DNA from: Ignavibacteriota bacterium
Lineage (GTDB): Bacteria; Bacteroidota; Ignavibacteria; UBA10030; UBA6906
Direction: 5' to 3'
Length of the DNA stretch: 64,000 nt
NCBI GenBank assembly: GCA_963801355.1
Contig: CAWDEM010000004.1
Coordinates: forward strand, 1,504,001 to 1,568,000
Shown: positions 37,283-47,314 of the stretch, piece after piece
Position numbering within the stretch: position 1 is the stretch's first letter
Layout: every line of letters begins with the position of its first letter
Translations under genes and position numbers: made by a program
The notes under the pieces: generated by a model
Database searches by the model: none
Seen by the model: the letters and a program-made list of their open reading frames with translations, nothing else
What the model was told of the DNA's origin: nothing

Positions 37283-38557
37283 CTATCTGAGGAGCAACAT
37301 TCTTTTCACCCGGGCTGCGTCACCTGCGGTGAGCCGGCAAAGATAGACGCCGCTCGCGAGGCCGGCCGCATTCCATGTCACCGTGTAGTCCCCGGGCTCT
37401 CTCTTTTCATCCACGAGCACCGCGACTTCACGGCCCAATATGTCATGCACGCTGAGCCGCACCCACCCATTGCCTATTGCCTCGTGCCTACTCCCTGTTC
37501 CCGGTACCGTGTAGCCTATCGTTGTGCTCGGGTTGAAAGGATTGGGATAGTTCTGTTCCAGGCGCATCCCGCTGGGAGCCGCATCGACGAATGGGACATG
37601 CGTCTGTGTCCGGCTGTCTGTGTCAATCAGCAACGCCAACCCCGACCGGGTGACCTCCACTGCATAGGACATTGTCAGCGCGGTTGCGGAGTCATGAGTT
37701 GTGTGATAGAACGGATTGAAGGTATATTCGATATTGAAAAACGCCTTGTACCCCTGGACAGAAAAGTACCAGCTGTCCGATTGGCTCCGGTAACTTGTCG
37801 AAAGAACGGGAGTGAGCGTTGTGTAGGCGCGCATGACAGCTGAATCCTTCTCGGCGATATCGCGCGCTCCGTCGTACCAGATAACGAATACCTGCCGCCG
37901 CACATCACCGGGGGCAAGGTACCCGATCATATCATAGTTCTGCATCTGAATGATCTTTTGTGCTTTTCCCATGGCGGCACCGGCATAATGCTGGCTCCCG
38001 AGCAGTCCCGCTTCCTCGGCCGCAAACGCTGCAAATCGCACAGTGATTTTCGGTCTGTATCCCGCTGACTGCATCACCCGCGCCATCTCGAGCACCGCAG
38101 CCGTACCCGAAGCGTTGTCATCAGCCCCGGGGGCATGCCCCGCGGTGGACGACCGGGAATCGTAGTGAGCGCCGATAACGACTTCGCCTACCGTCTCCTC
38201 CGACCCGTGGATCGTCGCTATGACGTTTCGCTGCATGAGATTAGAGCTGCGGGCGGCAAAACTGTCATAGACAACATCTGTGAAGCCAAACGACAAGAAC
38301 CGCCCGGCGATCCACGCAGCCACAGAGTCGTGATTCGACGCAAACGCATCGCGAGTCCCGAATGCCTGCAAGCCGAGCAGGTGGCTCGCATACGTCGACT
38401 CCGCAACCTGCGCAATAATCTCAGGGATGGGGTCATGAGTTCCGGTGATTCCGTTTTCCTGGGAATATCCGGTCGGTCGCACGGACAGGAGAAGGGCAGC
38501 GAGGCACAAGCCCCGCAGGAAGTTGCCCCGGTATCTGCAGATTATCGTCCGCGTCAT
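37283..38557 (-). CDS. M28 family aminopeptidase with T9SS CTD
   Basis: GAHYDS, PGADDNASG, AEEAGLLGS, NYDMIG, YHTTHD; QNYPNPFNPST. Confidence 0.92.
   Translation of the reverse strand: MTRTIICRYRGNFLRGLCLAALLLSVRPTGYSQENGITGTHDPIPEIIAQVAESTYASHLLGLQAFGTRDAFASNHDSVAAWIAGRFLSFGFTDVVYDSFAARSSNLMQRNVIATIHGSEETVGEVVIGAHYDSRSSTAGHAPGADDNASGTAAVLEMARVMQSAGYRPKITVRFAAFAAEEAGLLGSQHYAGAAMGKAQKIIQMQNYDMIGYLAPGDVRRQVFVIWYDGARDIAEKDSAVMRAYTTLTPVLSTSYRSQSDSWYFSVQGYKAFFNIEYTFNPFYHTTHDSATALTMSYAVEVTRSGLALLIDTDSRTQTHVPFVDAAPSGMRLEQNYPNPFNPSTTIGYTVPGTGSRHEAIGNGWVRLSVHDILGREVAVLVDEKREPGDYTVTWNAAGLASGVYLCRLTAGDAARVKRMLLLR
37467..37508. repeat. Six degenerate heptamer repeats inside the CTD coding region
   Basis: ccattgc ctattgc ctcgtgc ctactcc ctgttcc cggtacc. 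Confidence 0.55.
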
Positions 38558-38606
38558 TTCGTGTAGCCGGGCCTCTGCGCAAGAAAGATCTTCTGATCCG
38601 ACGCGA

Positions 38607-39995
38607 TCAGTGCGCCGCTCCCACCGGCTTCATCGACCCATCGGCGCGGGACTCTTCGGCCCGGAACGCCATGAGGTGGCTCTCCATCGCGCTGGCGATC
38701 GTTGTCGAAAGCGGAGCCGGATCGTGTTGACTCACCGCCTGAACGAACGCGTGGGCGAGTCCGTAATCGCCGCCGCCGTGGCCCGAGGAGCTTGCGGCCT
38801 GTTCATCAACGTTCCAACGATCGGTCTTTCCGGTCTTGAAATTAGAGACAAAAAGGTCCTTTTCATCGGCGACGATATCGCCTTCGGATCCCATGATCCG
38901 GATGCGGCGGCGCGCATAACTTGTGTGTGCCTCCATATTAAAGCTGGCGGTGATCCCTTCCTCGAATTCCATGGAGACGACCTGATGATCGACCACGTCG
39001 TTATCACAGTGATAAACGCAGCGGCCGTAAGGTCCATTCTTTAATTGCTCGAGAATGGCGGGTCCTTTGTCGCCCTCTTCCGGGAGATCCATGTGGGTCA
39101 ACCATGTCCGGTCACGATAGTAGATTTTCAAGGCCGAATAAGGGCATTCACCCTCGATGGTGCAGCCGCCGGTGCATCGGTCGGTACTGCCCGCGGGAGC
39201 GTTCTCACTCTTGAACCATGTGAGTGATCCGAAGGACCCGATCCGTGTGCAATGCTTGCCGATGAGCCAGTTCAGAAGATCCAGATCATGGCACGATTTC
39301 GCCAGCAGCATAGGATTGGATTCCTTTGTATTCCGCCAGTTGCCACGGACAAAGGAGTGGGACATATGAATATGCTCGACGGGCTCCATGAGCTGGATGC
39401 TCACCATTCTCCCCAGCGCTCCCGAATCCACAACCTCCTTGAGTTTTCGGAAAAACGGCGCATACCGCAGAACATGGCAGATGGCGACGACGCGGTCTTT
39501 GGCGATGGCAAGGTTCATGATGTCAGAGCACTGCTGCCAGGACTGGGCAATCGGTTTCTCGAGGAGAAGATCATATCCCATGCTGAGCGCGGCCATCGCA
39601 GGGCCATAGTGGAGCGCGTCGGGAGTCGTGATGATCACGGCATCGGCGAATTTTTCGGCTTTGAAGATGTCCTCCCAGGTTGTGAATCGTCTCCCGGGAG
39701 GAATACCATAGCGCCGGGCGAACCGATCGCTCCGGAAGGGGATAGGCTCGGCGAAGCCGACAATCTTGAGCTCCGTCGGAAATTTCTCGGAATACGAAGC
39801 GTAGACGTTCCCCCGATTGCCGGCTCCGGCAACGATAGCCGTCACGGGTCTGTCGGGAGTTTTGGAAAATGGATCCGGCTGAAACTCGATGGCGTGGGGA
39901 ACGAGCCCCGCGTAAGCCCGGGGAGGGATCATTGCACCGGCAGCCGTGACTCCCACGGCTTTGAGCATTTCGCGTCTGCTCCAGGAACGGTTCAT
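38607..39995 (-). CDS. Tat-exported Gfo/Idh/MocA family oxidoreductase
   Basis: SRREMLK signal; GAGNRG, LLEKP, HSFVRGNW, KSCHDLD, GHGGGD. Confidence 0.92.
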   Translation of the reverse strand: MNRSWSRREMLKAVGVTAAGAMIPPRAYAGLVPHAIEFQPDPFSKTPDRPVTAIVAGAGNRGNVYASYSEKFPTELKIVGFAEPIPFRSDRFARRYGIPPGRRFTTWEDIFKAEKFADAVIITTPDALHYGPAMAALSMGYDLLLEKPIAQSWQQCSDIMNLAIAKDRVVAICHVLRYAPFFRKLKEVVDSGALGRMVSIQLMEPVEHIHMSHSFVRGNWRNTKESNPMLLAKSCHDLDLLNWLIGKHCTRIGSFGSLTWFKSENAPAGSTDRCTGGCTIEGECPYSALKIYYRDRTWLTHMDLPEEGDKGPAILEQLKNGPYGRCVYHCDNDVVDHQVVSMEFEEGITASFNMEAHTSYARRRIRIMGSEGDIVADEKDLFVSNFKTGKTDRWNVDEQAASSSGHGGGDYGLAHAFVQAVSQHDPAPLSTTIASAMESHLMAFRAEESRADGSMKPVGAAH

Positions 39996-40090
39996 GGGGA
40001 TATCCTTAAGCTATAAAGAGGAGAAAAAGGCAACGAGTATCCGACGGGGAGCACGCAGCAAGTTACGAAAGGAGAATGGTAGAATCCAAC

Positions 40091-43000
40091 CTATTTCATC
40101 AAAAGCATTTTGCCGGTCAGATATTGACCGCCATCAGCTGTGAGCCGGAGAAGATACACACCCGAAGCGACATTGTTGCCGTCAGCGTTTTTCCCATCCC
40201 ACACGAACCAGTGGCGCCCTGGCTCCAGAGGACCCGCGAACAGGGTTCGCACTTCTTCGCCAAGGATTGTGTACACGCCCAGTGTCAGGTTGGCGTGGCG
40301 TGGAACGGCGACGGGAATAGTGGTTGCGGGATTGAAGGGATTCGGGAAATTGTTCCCCAGCGCGAACTCCCTGGGGAGAAGTTCGCCCAGGACATCTCGT
40401 GTGGCATCCTCGCTTCCCACAACAATGCGGAAGCGCGACACCGGAGTCGCCGGCGTAAACCGGTATTCGGCATTTTCGCGAAGGTCGGCGACCTTCGCAC
40501 GTTCGTCATCGATCAGGAGTACCCGGTATTGCGGAGGGACGTCGGGGACGCCGGAGAAAGAGAGTTGAGCCGGCTCCTGCACGATCGCCCGGACGCTTAT
40601 CGGCCAGGTCTCGATCGATTCAATTTCCTTTCTGATGTCCGTCGCAAACACGCCCGCATCCGAATCCCATCCCGGACGCTCGAAAAACACCCCCGGCTGT
40701 TGTCCGACGCCCCGGGGCATGCGCTGGTCGAGCGGATCCCGCCCTTGGCTGGCAATCGGGGAGAGGCCGATGCTTGTTGCCCCGTCAGTGATGTCACCCG
40801 ACGAGAGCTGGATGTGAATTCTCCAAAGCGTGGTGTCGGCAGGAACGGAGCTCTTTGCGGCGGCCCAGCCGAGGGGGATCCGGAGGGCGGGGAGGTTGTC
40901 CGCGTTGTCGAACATGTACCCTGTACCCGGTCTGAAGGCAAAAGTCCTGGCGAAAGTGCCGGTGTACGTCCAGATGTCGGGAAGGATGCCGGTTCCATTA
41001 GCGTTCTGCACGGACGACCATTGGACCGTGGTCAGGAAGGGGTTCGTGATCAGGTTCCACCCCGGACGGAGGGGGATGGTCACCGACCGTAAAGAATCCA
41101 GAGGCAGTGTTGGCACGGAAGCGACAATCTTCATCGGGCCTTTGTTCAAGACCCAGAATGCGCGCCCAGGCACGAAGTTGAAGGTGGCGGTACCGTCGAA
41201 TGGCACGAGGTAGCCGCTTGCGGCGCCGTTGTCCCAGTACACCACCCAGTCGACATCCTTTTCTCCCGGCAGGAAACTGCGCACAGGCACATTACAGTTG
41301 CCCGGAATCCCCACAAGACGATACTCCTTGGTCTGGTATTCTCCCCTGGCTGAATACAACGGGAACCAGACCGAGTCAGAGAGCGATATCGTCTCCGGAT
41401 ATTCAAATGATGGCGTGAACGCCCGGGTAGGAGAGGGTTCGCTGTTGCCGACGTCGTTCCTGGCGAAGACCCGCCAGTAGTATTTTACTCCGCGAGCCAG
41501 GGAAGTCACATGTTTGGTGGTATCGGCAATAGTTGAATCATCGACGACCGTCGGGACGAAGGCGTCGTTGGTCGATACCTGGAGCCAGTACTCCACCCCC
41601 GTCACCGGCCAGGGATGCCAACGGAATGTCAAGACAGTATCCACGCCGGGTTGATCGTTTTCCGGTGATTCCGGGATAGGATATGGCGTTGGCGGCGCCG
41701 TGACATGGAAAGAGATACTCTGGGAATTGCCGCCACCCGGCGGATCATTTGACACGAAGATGCTGCGCATTCCCCCCGCCGCCGATCCGGTAATGCTGAC
41801 GTCGGCAGTCATGTGGGTGGAAGAGTCGAATGTAATGGAATTGACGGTTATTCCCGCTCCGACGTTCAGACTGGTCAACCCTTCGTAGAAATTGTCACCG
41901 GTACACTCCAGCGTCAGTCGCTGGAGCACGGCCCCGCTGGTGGGAATGAGGGAGGTGAAGCTCGGAGCCGGATTATTGATCACGACGAAAGCGCCGGCCA
42001 GAGATCCCACCCCTCCGCCTGGAGATCCATTGAAGATGTAGACGTCGCGATCTCCGGTCGCAGCAGCCGTATCAATGGAGACCGTGACGGCCAATTCGGT
42101 CCAGGATCTGACGCTCGTCGAGGTCGCGATCATGTCTCCAAAACTCACCGTTGTGACGCCCGGGAGAAATCCCGTACCCAGGATGGACACGGAGAGGATC
42201 TGGCCTCTTCTCCCGGAAGACGGTGTGACTTTTGTCACCGTGGGCGAGGGGTTGATCACCGCGAACGTATCGGATCGGCCGGTTTCCGCTCCTCCGGTCC
42301 GTGTCGCCATGATAATGAAGCGTCCGGCATTTTGCAGTGCCACGGTGTGTGAGGCGAGGACCCCCGCGTTGAATGGGGCGGTAATCTTGCCTGCCTGGCC
42401 AAGAACGCCGTTCGATGATACATCCGCCGTGCCGGTGAACGTCGTCGATATATTCCCGAACATATCATTCGCCCTGACACGGATATTGAAGGGCACCTGG
42501 GCGGTTTGAATTCCGATCGGCCCGCCACCTGCCGCATCAATCAAGAACGTATCCACGGGCGCGGGCAGGTTGGTGAGGAGGAATGCAGCCGGCGTCGATA
42601 TAGCGGGAGCCCTGGCGAGCAGAGTAAACGAACCCACGATTGCATTCGCCGTCAAGGTCGAAGCGGTCGCTATGCCGGTTCCGTCGGTCACGACACTGTC
42701 GATCAACAATTTACCGGCAAATGTTCCGCTGGCACCGGTGCCGGGTGCCGTAAACGTTACCAGGACGCCGGACAACAGATTCCCGGAGGAATCCCGTACG
42801 ATGGCCTTCAGGGGCGTGGTAAAAGGTGATCCCACAGCTGCGCTCTGCGGCGTTCCCGCGGAAGCTACGATTGTGCCCGGCGCACCGGAGATATTGGTCA
42901 GCTCGAAGACCGTGCCCGAGTCCACGCCGGCCGCAGTTGCCACAACGCGATAGGAGCCAACGAGGTTGTTTGCAGTAAAAGCGGGGGCTCTGGCAATACC

Positions 43001-46000
43001 CGTGGCATTGGTGGTCACGGTGGCTGTCCGGCTGCTACCGGGGAACGTACCGGACGGTCCCGTTGGTGGGGCCGCGAAGGTCACGGAAACACCGCCTACG
43101 GCGTTTCCCGTTGAATCTGTGACGCTTGCCTCCAGAGAGACAGGGAATGGTTTGGCCACCTGTGCGCTCTGTGGAGATCCTGCCGTCGTTGCGATGTGGG
43201 CGGCGATGCCATACGTGTTGGTGAGGAGGAAGCCAGCCGACGCCACGCCCAACGGAAGGGAAGCGGTCACAATATATGATCCGGCAAGTATGTTTGCAGT
43301 GAACACGCCCGAGGTTGCGACACCGGTGCTGTCAGTCGTGGCAGCTGAGCCACCCGCCGCGAATGTTCCGCTTGCTCCGGTCGTGGGTGCGTTCCAGGTG
43401 ACGAGGACACCTCTTGCGGAGTTGCCCGCCGCGTCTCTTGCGAGCGCTTTGAATCGTGCGGGAAACGCAGTACCGACATGCGTGCTCTGTGGAGTCCCCG
43501 CTGTCGCCGCAATTGTCGTAGCAGGCCCGGCGACGACTGTCAGAGTGCCTGAACTTATCGTCGCGAGAGTGCCGGATGTTGCTCGAATCCGTGCAGTCCC
43601 GATGAGTTTACCGGTGAAGGTTGCACTTTTCTTGTCGGCACTAGCAGCGAGATCCCCATCGACGACCCCTCCGGCTTTGTTTTGCAGGCTCCAGCTATCC
43701 GCGGCAACGTTGGAGAGGAAATTGCCTGCGGCGTCCCGGCCGACTGCGTACACGGTGAGAGAACTTCCCGAGGGAATGCTCCTGTCGGTGACGACGGTTC
43801 CGGTTCCGTTCGCTGCTGATTCGACACGGATTTGCGAAGGAGCTCCGGCGACGACGACCGTCAGAGTTCCGGAGGGTACTGCAGTGAGGCCGCTCACGGT
43901 CACCCCGATGACTGCCGTCCCTGCCAGCTTTCCGGTGAATGTCGCACTCCGCATGTCAGCACCCGGCACGAGATCTGCGGGGACGACGCCGCCCGAGGAA
44001 CTTGTCAGTGACCATGAGTCTGCAATTACATTTGCTACGAAGTTGTCATACGCGTCGCGCGCAATTGCGTGGACTTTGATCGAAGTCCCCGATGTCACGT
44101 TCTGGCTGCCGATGACCATCCCCGTCCCGTCGGCAGCGTTTTCGACCCGCACTTTGGAGGCCGTTCCCGCGCTGACCGAGAACTGAGCGCTGACGACATT
44201 GCCCGGTGCCGTCGACACCGTCGAACCCGTTGCAGTGAGCGTGTAGCCGGCGCCGGCCTTATCGATAGAGATGTCAGTGAAGGTTGCGCGGCCCGTCAGC
44301 ATGTTCACGGGGATGCTCTTCGTGCCGAGAAGAGCTCCACCCGGTCCGGCATTGTTCTGTATGGCAAGCGTTACGGTTTGCGCAACGTCACCGACAGGGT
44401 TGCCAAATGCATCCTCCAATGTGACGGCAGGTTGAACCGCGAAAGGTATCCCGGCGCTTCCGTTTCCGGGGCTTGTGGTGAACGCCAGTTTGCTGGCAGC
44501 CGCGGCCGAGACGGAAAACTCCCTGCTGAGCACGGATGTCAGCCCCGGGCTCGAAGCGGTCAGCCTTTTCGGTCCAGCGATGTTCAGGAGAAGGTTGTTG
44601 AATGTTGCAAGGCCTGTGGCATCGGTCGGTTGCGTCAGAGTGCCCGTGAGCGGCCCGATCCCGGACGACAGCGCGATGGAGATGGAGACCCCGGATGTAC
44701 GCACGCTATTCCCCTGTGCATCCTTGAGCTGGACGGTAACCGCGGGTGAGATCGACGCACCGGCTATCGCATTTGTGGGCTGTTGCGCGAATTCGAGCTG
44801 TGTGGCTGACCCCGCCGAGATGGTGAAGGAAGTGCTGGTCTCAGAGTCCAAGCCGGAGTGTGATGCGGAGAGAGTCTTCGTCCCTGCAAGGTCGATGCTC
44901 AGATCCGGGAATGTTGCAACACCGGAGGCGTCGGTCGAGCGGGTCTTCGTTCCGCCAAGCGTGCCGGTCCCGGATGAGAGCACCATCGTAATCGTTACCC
45001 CCGACCCGGCAACGTTGTTCCCGAGCGAATCACGGACCTGCACCGTCACCGCCGGTGAGATCGTCGTACCTGCTGGTGCGTTCGTCGGCTGCTGGACGAA
45101 CGCCAGCTTCTTTGCAGGGCCGGGAGTAATGGTGAAGGTATTACTCACTGCGGCCGTGAGGCTTCCGCTCGTTGCCCTTACTGTTTTGGATCCGATAAGG
45201 TTAATGCTCAGATTGTTGAATGTGGCTACACCCGATGATGTGCTTCTGGTGAGTGTGCCACTCAGGACTCCGGTTCCGGAAGCGAGGGTCATGCTGACCG
45301 ATGTTCCGGTGGTAGTGACCGCATTGCCAAACGCATCCAGGAGGTTTACGCTGACTGCCGGGGAAATCACTGCGCCGGCTGCGGCGGTCGACGGTTGCTG
45401 GAGAAATGCCAGGCGTGCCGCGGAGGCCGGGCTCACCAGGATGTTCCTCGATGTATCGGGGGTCAGCGATCCACTACTGAAGAGAATCGAGATGGTCCCC
45501 GCGACATTGTGTGAGAGATTCGAAAATGTCACTGTGCCATTGTTTGCGGTGGCCGTGAGGATTCCCTGCAGTGTTCCCGTTCCGGCGAGACGCGCAGCCG
45601 TCACCACCGTGCTGTTGTCGGTGGTGACCCGGTTTCCTCCAGCATCGATCACGTACAGAACCGGCTGCTGGGAAAATGACACCCCGGCGGTGGCCGTGGA
45701 AGAAGGCTCGGTCTGAATGGCCAGTCTGGTGGCGGGACCCAGGGTTATCGAGAAGGACACGCTTGTTACGGATGTATAGGATGTCGCAGAAGCTGTCAGC
45801 CGTTTGGAACCAATGGGGCTGATGTTTAGATCATCAAATGTCGCCAAACCCAGGGCATTGGTTGCGCGTGTACTGGTTCCTTTCAGTGGTCCTGTTCCAG
45901 TTGACAGGGTAAGGGTGATGGAGACGCCGGCTTGTTGGATGTCCTTGCCGGATTTGTCCTTGAGTTGAACCGTTACGGCAGGCGAGATGCGCGCGTTGGC

Positions 46001-46168
46001 AACGGTGTTCGTCGGCTGTTGAATGAAGGCAAGACCGTTTGCGGTAGGGTTTAGGACAGCATCGGGAGAATCAGGCGGGCGGGGCACAACGTCTTGCTGA
46101 GCACGGAGCAATCCCGTGCTGATCAGCAAAAGAGCGAATGTCGCTATGGAGGCGCGAAGGTCCTTCAT
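40091..46168 (-). CDS. Large Ig-repeat surface protein (invasin/Big-like repeats, IPT/TIG, FN3-like, T9SS/FlgD-Ig CTD)
   Basis: Signal peptide; about 100-aa repeats LAFxQQP...PAVTVQLxDxxGN...GxATFxxL; GTPQSA repeats; YYWRV; NFPNPFNPAT...WDGKN. Confidence 0.88.
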   Translation of the reverse strand: MKDLRASIATFALLLISTGLLRAQQDVVPRPPDSPDAVLNPTANGLAFIQQPTNTVANARISPAVTVQLKDKSGKDIQQAGVSITLTLSTGTGPLKGTSTRATNALGLATFDDLNISPIGSKRLTASATSYTSVTSVSFSITLGPATRLAIQTEPSSTATAGVSFSQQPVLYVIDAGGNRVTTDNSTVVTAARLAGTGTLQGILTATANNGTVTFSNLSHNVAGTISILFSSGSLTPDTSRNILVSPASAARLAFLQQPSTAAAGAVISPAVSVNLLDAFGNAVTTTGTSVSMTLASGTGVLSGTLTRSTSSGVATFNNLSINLIGSKTVRATSGSLTAAVSNTFTITPGPAKKLAFVQQPTNAPAGTTISPAVTVQVRDSLGNNVAGSGVTITMVLSSGTGTLGGTKTRSTDASGVATFPDLSIDLAGTKTLSASHSGLDSETSTSFTISAGSATQLEFAQQPTNAIAGASISPAVTVQLKDAQGNSVRTSGVSISIALSSGIGPLTGTLTQPTDATGLATFNNLLLNIAGPKRLTASSPGLTSVLSREFSVSAAAASKLAFTTSPGNGSAGIPFAVQPAVTLEDAFGNPVGDVAQTVTLAIQNNAGPGGALLGTKSIPVNMLTGRATFTDISIDKAGAGYTLTATGSTVSTAPGNVVSAQFSVSAGTASKVRVENAADGTGMVIGSQNVTSGTSIKVHAIARDAYDNFVANVIADSWSLTSSSGGVVPADLVPGADMRSATFTGKLAGTAVIGVTVSGLTAVPSGTLTVVVAGAPSQIRVESAANGTGTVVTDRSIPSGSSLTVYAVGRDAAGNFLSNVAADSWSLQNKAGGVVDGDLAASADKKSATFTGKLIGTARIRATSGTLATISSGTLTVVAGPATTIAATAGTPQSTHVGTAFPARFKALARDAAGNSARGVLVTWNAPTTGASGTFAAGGSAATTDSTGVATSGVFTANILAGSYIVTASLPLGVASAGFLLTNTYGIAAHIATTAGSPQSAQVAKPFPVSLEASVTDSTGNAVGGVSVTFAAPPTGPSGTFPGSSRTATVTTNATGIARAPAFTANNLVGSYRVVATAAGVDSGTVFELTNISGAPGTIVASAGTPQSAAVGSPFTTPLKAIVRDSSGNLLSGVLVTFTAPGTGASGTFAGKLLIDSVVTDGTGIATASTLTANAIVGSFTLLARAPAISTPAAFLLTNLPAPVDTFLIDAAGGGPIGIQTAQVPFNIRVRANDMFGNISTTFTGTADVSSNGVLGQAGKITAPFNAGVLASHTVALQNAGRFIIMATRTGGAETGRSDTFAVINPSPTVTKVTPSSGRRGQILSVSILGTGFLPGVTTVSFGDMIATSTSVRSWTELAVTVSIDTAAATGDRDVYIFNGSPGGGVGSLAGAFVVINNPAPSFTSLIPTSGAVLQRLTLECTGDNFYEGLTSLNVGAGITVNSITFDSSTHMTADVSITGSAAGGMRSIFVSNDPPGGGNSQSISFHVTAPPTPYPIPESPENDQPGVDTVLTFRWHPWPVTGVEYWLQVSTNDAFVPTVVDDSTIADTTKHVTSLARGVKYYWRVFARNDVGNSEPSPTRAFTPSFEYPETISLSDSVWFPLYSARGEYQTKEYRLVGIPGNCNVPVRSFLPGEKDVDWVVYWDNGAASGYLVPFDGTATFNFVPGRAFWVLNKGPMKIVASVPTLPLDSLRSVTIPLRPGWNLITNPFLTTVQWSSVQNANGTGILPDIWTYTGTFARTFAFRPGTGYMFDNADNLPALRIPLGWAAAKSSVPADTTLWRIHIQLSSGDITDGATSIGLSPIASQGRDPLDQRMPRGVGQQPGVFFERPGWDSDAGVFATDIRKEIESIETWPISVRAIVQEPAQLSFSGVPDVPPQYRVLLIDDERAKVADLRENAEYRFTPATPVSRFRIVVGSEDATRDVLGELLPREFALGNNFPNPFNPATTIPVAVPRHANLTLGVYTILGEEVRTLFAGPLEPGRHWFVWDGKNADGNNVASGVYLLRLTADGGQYLTGKMLLMK

Positions 46169-46473
46169 TGTCAGTCGTGTGCGTCCCGGTCGAAACCCAA
46201 CTGCAGACTCGGAGAGATGAGGAAGTTGTGCATGTATTCGGTCAACAAGTCACAAATGAATACCGTGCAAGCGGCCGTTCTTCCCCCGTGCTTGAGACCG
46301 ACCAGCCCACTGGAAATCTACCATCATGGCATATTAATGTCAACGGGAAATCGTTGGTGTTTTGTGGAAACAACGATGATGTCACCCATGCGTGTGCATT
46401 TGGGTCATCCCTGAATGCCGCAGAATCCCCATAATGCCATCGGCGTTGGACTTGAAGGAGTGACGGGAACTGT

Positions 46474-46499
46474 GCAACTTGGGATATGTGTTTAGCGTA
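46474..46499 (+). promoter_or_regulatory. Possible ECF promoter upstream of the OMP gene
   Basis: GCAAC-N17-CGTA, about 30 nt before ATG 46531. Confidence 0.35.
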
Positions 46500-46530
46500 C
46501 AATGCAAAGAATCCAGATGAAAGGAACGCC

Positions 46531-47220
46531 ATGCGCACTACTGCCCTCATTTTGTTTGGTTTTGTCGCCCTGACCACGACCACCTCTGCGCAGTCCTGGC
46601 AGGGTGGACTGGATTTCCTCGTGGGTTCCCCGCAGGGGGAATTCCGCAAAAACGTTGACCATGTGGGATACGGACTGGCAGGAAACGTCGGGTTTGCGCC
46701 AGAAGGAACACCCATTATGCTGGGACTAGAATTCGGGTATATGAATTACGGTTCGTCAAGCCGACGTGAATCTTTCAGCACAACGATTCCCGACGTCTTT
46801 GTGGATGTCACGACGACGAATAATTTCATACTCGGGCACGCCATGCTCCGGCTGCAGCCGAATACCGGCAAATTCCGCCCCTACATTCAGGGGATGGTCG
46901 GCCTCCACTACCTCTTCACGGAGACAGAGATTGAAAACATCAATGTGCCCGGGCAAGAGGTTGCCAGCAGCAATAACTTCTCGGACGCCACGTTCAGCTA
47001 CGGCGGAGGTGCAGGTCTCATGTTCCTGGTATACAGCCCGGATGAGGGAGACAGGAGCGACATCTTCGTGGATCTGGGCGCACGGTATGTGTTCGGCAGC
47101 GAGGCGGAGTATCTCAAAGAAGGATCAATCCGGAATGTCAACGGCAATGTGGCTTATGACATTCTCAAATCCAGGACCGACCTCCTCGTTTTCCAGGTTG
47201 GAGTCTCCATGCGGTTCTAG
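46531..47220 (+). CDS. Outer-membrane beta-barrel protein
   Basis: Signal peptide, amphipathic strands, C-terminal Phe (GVSMRF). Confidence 0.85.
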   Translation: MRTTALILFGFVALTTTTSAQSWQGGLDFLVGSPQGEFRKNVDHVGYGLAGNVGFAPEGTPIMLGLEFGYMNYGSSSRRESFSTTIPDVFVDVTTTNNFILGHAMLRLQPNTGKFRPYIQGMVGLHYLFTETEIENINVPGQEVASSNNFSDATFSYGGGAGLMFLVYSPDEGDRSDIFVDLGARYVFGSEAEYLKEGSIRNVNGNVAYDILKSRTDLLVFQVGVSMRF

Positions 47221-47255
47221 CATACTTATGCGGAGGGAAGTGGCATCGTATACGC

Positions 47256-47289
47256 AAAACGCCCGGGACAAACCCGGGCGTTTCTCTTT
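47256..47289. terminator. Probably bidirectional Rho-independent terminator
   Basis: AAAACGCCCGGG-ACAAA-CCCGGGCGTTTCTCTTT between convergent genes. Confidence 0.8.
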
Positions 47290-47314
47290 CATCAGACAGT
47301 CGACGGGGGACACG

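Noticed and set aside
46169-46470. Riboswitch upstream of the large surface protein
   Set aside because: Only a short ATCGTTG/CAACGAT stem; no recognisable c-di-GMP, cobalamin or TPP consensus.
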